Shown: positions 35,912 through 36,793 of the stretch, piece after piece
Position numbering within the stretch: position 1 is the stretch's first letter
Layout of the letters: each line of letters begins with the position of its first letter
Source of the DNA: an uncultured Sphingobacteriales bacterium
GTDB taxonomy: Bacteria > Bacteroidota > Bacteroidia > JAADEI01 > JALVCQ01
DNA length: 36,793 nucleotides
Direction of reading: 5' to 3'
NCBI GenBank assembly: GCA_964452325.1
Contig: CAYVLB010000001.1
Span: 4,343-41,135 of the forward strand
The notes under the pieces: model-generated
What the model was told of the DNA's origin: nothing
What the model saw: only the letters and a program-made list of their open reading frames with translations
Database searches by the model: none
Program-made: the position numbers and the translations under genes

Positions 35912-35934
35912 AACCTTTCCTTTCTAAGGTTCGG

Positions 35935-35942
35935 CAAATATA
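35935..35942 (-). promoter_or_regulatory. Putative -7 box (TATATTTG) for the 147-aa lipoprotein gene
   Basis: The minus strand reads TATATTTG, 23 nt upstream of ATG 35911. Confidence 0.4.
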
Positions 35943-35994
35943 TACAACGGCATCCGAACTAAAATACGCATCCTTGCATATTTATCCCATCGCT

Positions 35995-36793
35995 TCACAT
36001 TTCGATTCGGAGCGTAAGCATCGCATGGAAAGGCGCCTGCGGATAAACATAAACCATCGCATGAGGCATTCCTCCGGAACGATATAGGTAAGTCCATCCA
36101 TTGGTTGCATATATCTTATTGCGTAGGTTGAACAGATCGACTCCTATCATTACTCCTTTTACGCCTCCACGGGGATGTAGCTGGTAACGCATCCGCAGGT
36201 TGGGGACAAAATAGGGATCCAGTCGCCGATCACTATCTTGGGTATTATCTAAGTATTGAGCACCCACATATTTTCCTTCAAGGTCAATTGTCAATCCTCG
36301 GATTTTTCGATAAGAAAGCACCAAACTACCCATCCATCGAGGAGAAAAAGCAATATCAACGTTTCGGAAAATCATTGAATCTTGGGTCCACGTATCCCAA
36401 TCATCAACATATTGCACGTATTTGCTGATTTTACTACGGTTAAATGTCATATTTCCCTGCAATATCCATCCTTCAGCCAACGAATGAAGTGCATTTAATT
36501 CCAGCCCCCGTCGGTAGCTCCGTTCCACATTTTCCCGCACATATGCCCCTACGTCATTGATACGCCCAGTCAGGACCAACTGGTCGCGATACTCCATTGC
36601 AAAGACATTCACATCTACATAGTTTTGTTCAAACGCCCACCGTCCTCCCATTTCAAAGTTGAGCAGGCGTTCTGGGCGGGGAAGCTCATAGGTAGCGGCT
36701 TCAAAATCATCGCGGTTTGGTTCTTTGAATCCAACTCCTGCAAAGAAGCGATACGTTCCCCCCCCCGGATGATGGTATGTCAGGCCCACCCTT
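35995..36793 (-). CDS. TonB-dependent outer-membrane receptor, C-terminal beta-barrel part (5' end outside the window)
   Basis: The reading frame is open to the right edge; the M at 36789 in the track is an internal GTG. The alternating beta-strand pattern and motifs such as FKEPNRDDFE, YRRGLELNA, NLRMRY and DLFNLRNKIYATNGW are typical of TBDR barrels. The terminal residue is M rather than the usual aromatic. Confidence 0.7.
   Translation of the reverse strand, partial: RVGLTYHHPGGGTYRFFAGVGFKEPNRDDFEAATYELPRPERLLNFEMGGRWAFEQNYVDVNVFAMEYRDQLVLTGRINDVGAYVRENVERSYRRGLELNALHSLAEGWILQGNMTFNRSKISKYVQYVDDWDTWTQDSMIFRNVDIAFSPRWMGSLVLSYRKIRGLTIDLEGKYVGAQYLDNTQDSDRRLDPYFVPNLRMRYQLHPRGGVKGVMIGVDLFNLRNKIYATNGWTYLYRSGGMPHAMVYVYPQAPFHAMLTLRIEM

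Noticed and set aside
1-36793. I scanned for CRISPR arrays, tRNA/rRNA genes, transposases, integrases, phage genes, toxin-antitoxin pairs and known defence genes.
   Set aside because: I found no regularly spaced repeats, no cloverleaf-like intergenic sequence (all spacers are shorter than 185 bp and accounted for), and no ORF with recombinase, nuclease-helicase or other defence-type motifs. Apart from the polarity-reversed block and the surface-protein cassette, the window looks like core chromosome.

Overview
The window is a 36.8 kb, gene-dense chromosomal segment that looks like Bacteroidota. Support for that lineage: ten intergenic TAnnTTTG -7 boxes, a fused SecDF, an Omp28-like lipoprotein, a GEVED/MAM-type surface protein, and DUF6132- and DUF368-type membrane proteins. 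I support 30 protein-coding genes, one RNase P RNA (type A), one strong intrinsic terminator and a set of promoter boxes.

Most genes are housekeeping:
- Central metabolism and cofactors: pepP, fumC, gpmI, a 2-oxoacid dehydrogenase E2, lipB, lpdA, tdh, folB.
- Transport and envelope: OPT transporter, secDF, yhhQ, a DUF368 protein.
- Other: yjbQ, S9 peptidase, comM, argS.
- A small glycan locus: GT2, sugar aminotransferase, initiating sugar transferase, CapD/PglF-like dehydratase.
- Secreted or lipoprotein genes of unknown role.

I see no integrase, transposase, CRISPR array, tRNA, rRNA, toxin-antitoxin pair or recognisable defence system, so I cannot name a clean novel multi-gene system.

The strongest unexplained signals are compositional and architectural:
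1. Silent-site codon choice depends on the strand a gene sits on. Plus-strand genes end codons in C/A and minus-strand genes in G/T.
2. A block of about 5.2-5.5 kb (about 991 to 6220-6500) carries the opposite polarity. Its left edge falls inside an intact surface-protein ORF, exactly at the end of a 105-bp repeat that is 104/105 identical to a second copy.
3. That surface protein is modular (GEVED, CARDB-like, MAM-like repeated) and is missing from the ORF track only because it runs off the left edge.
4. An uncharacterised 714-aa HExxH secreted protein follows lpdA, and several unknown lipoproteins are translationally coupled to known genes.

All product calls rest on motifs recognised by eye and memory. 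No database search was possible. The ORF track writes TTG/GTG starts as M, so I re-picked many start codons.
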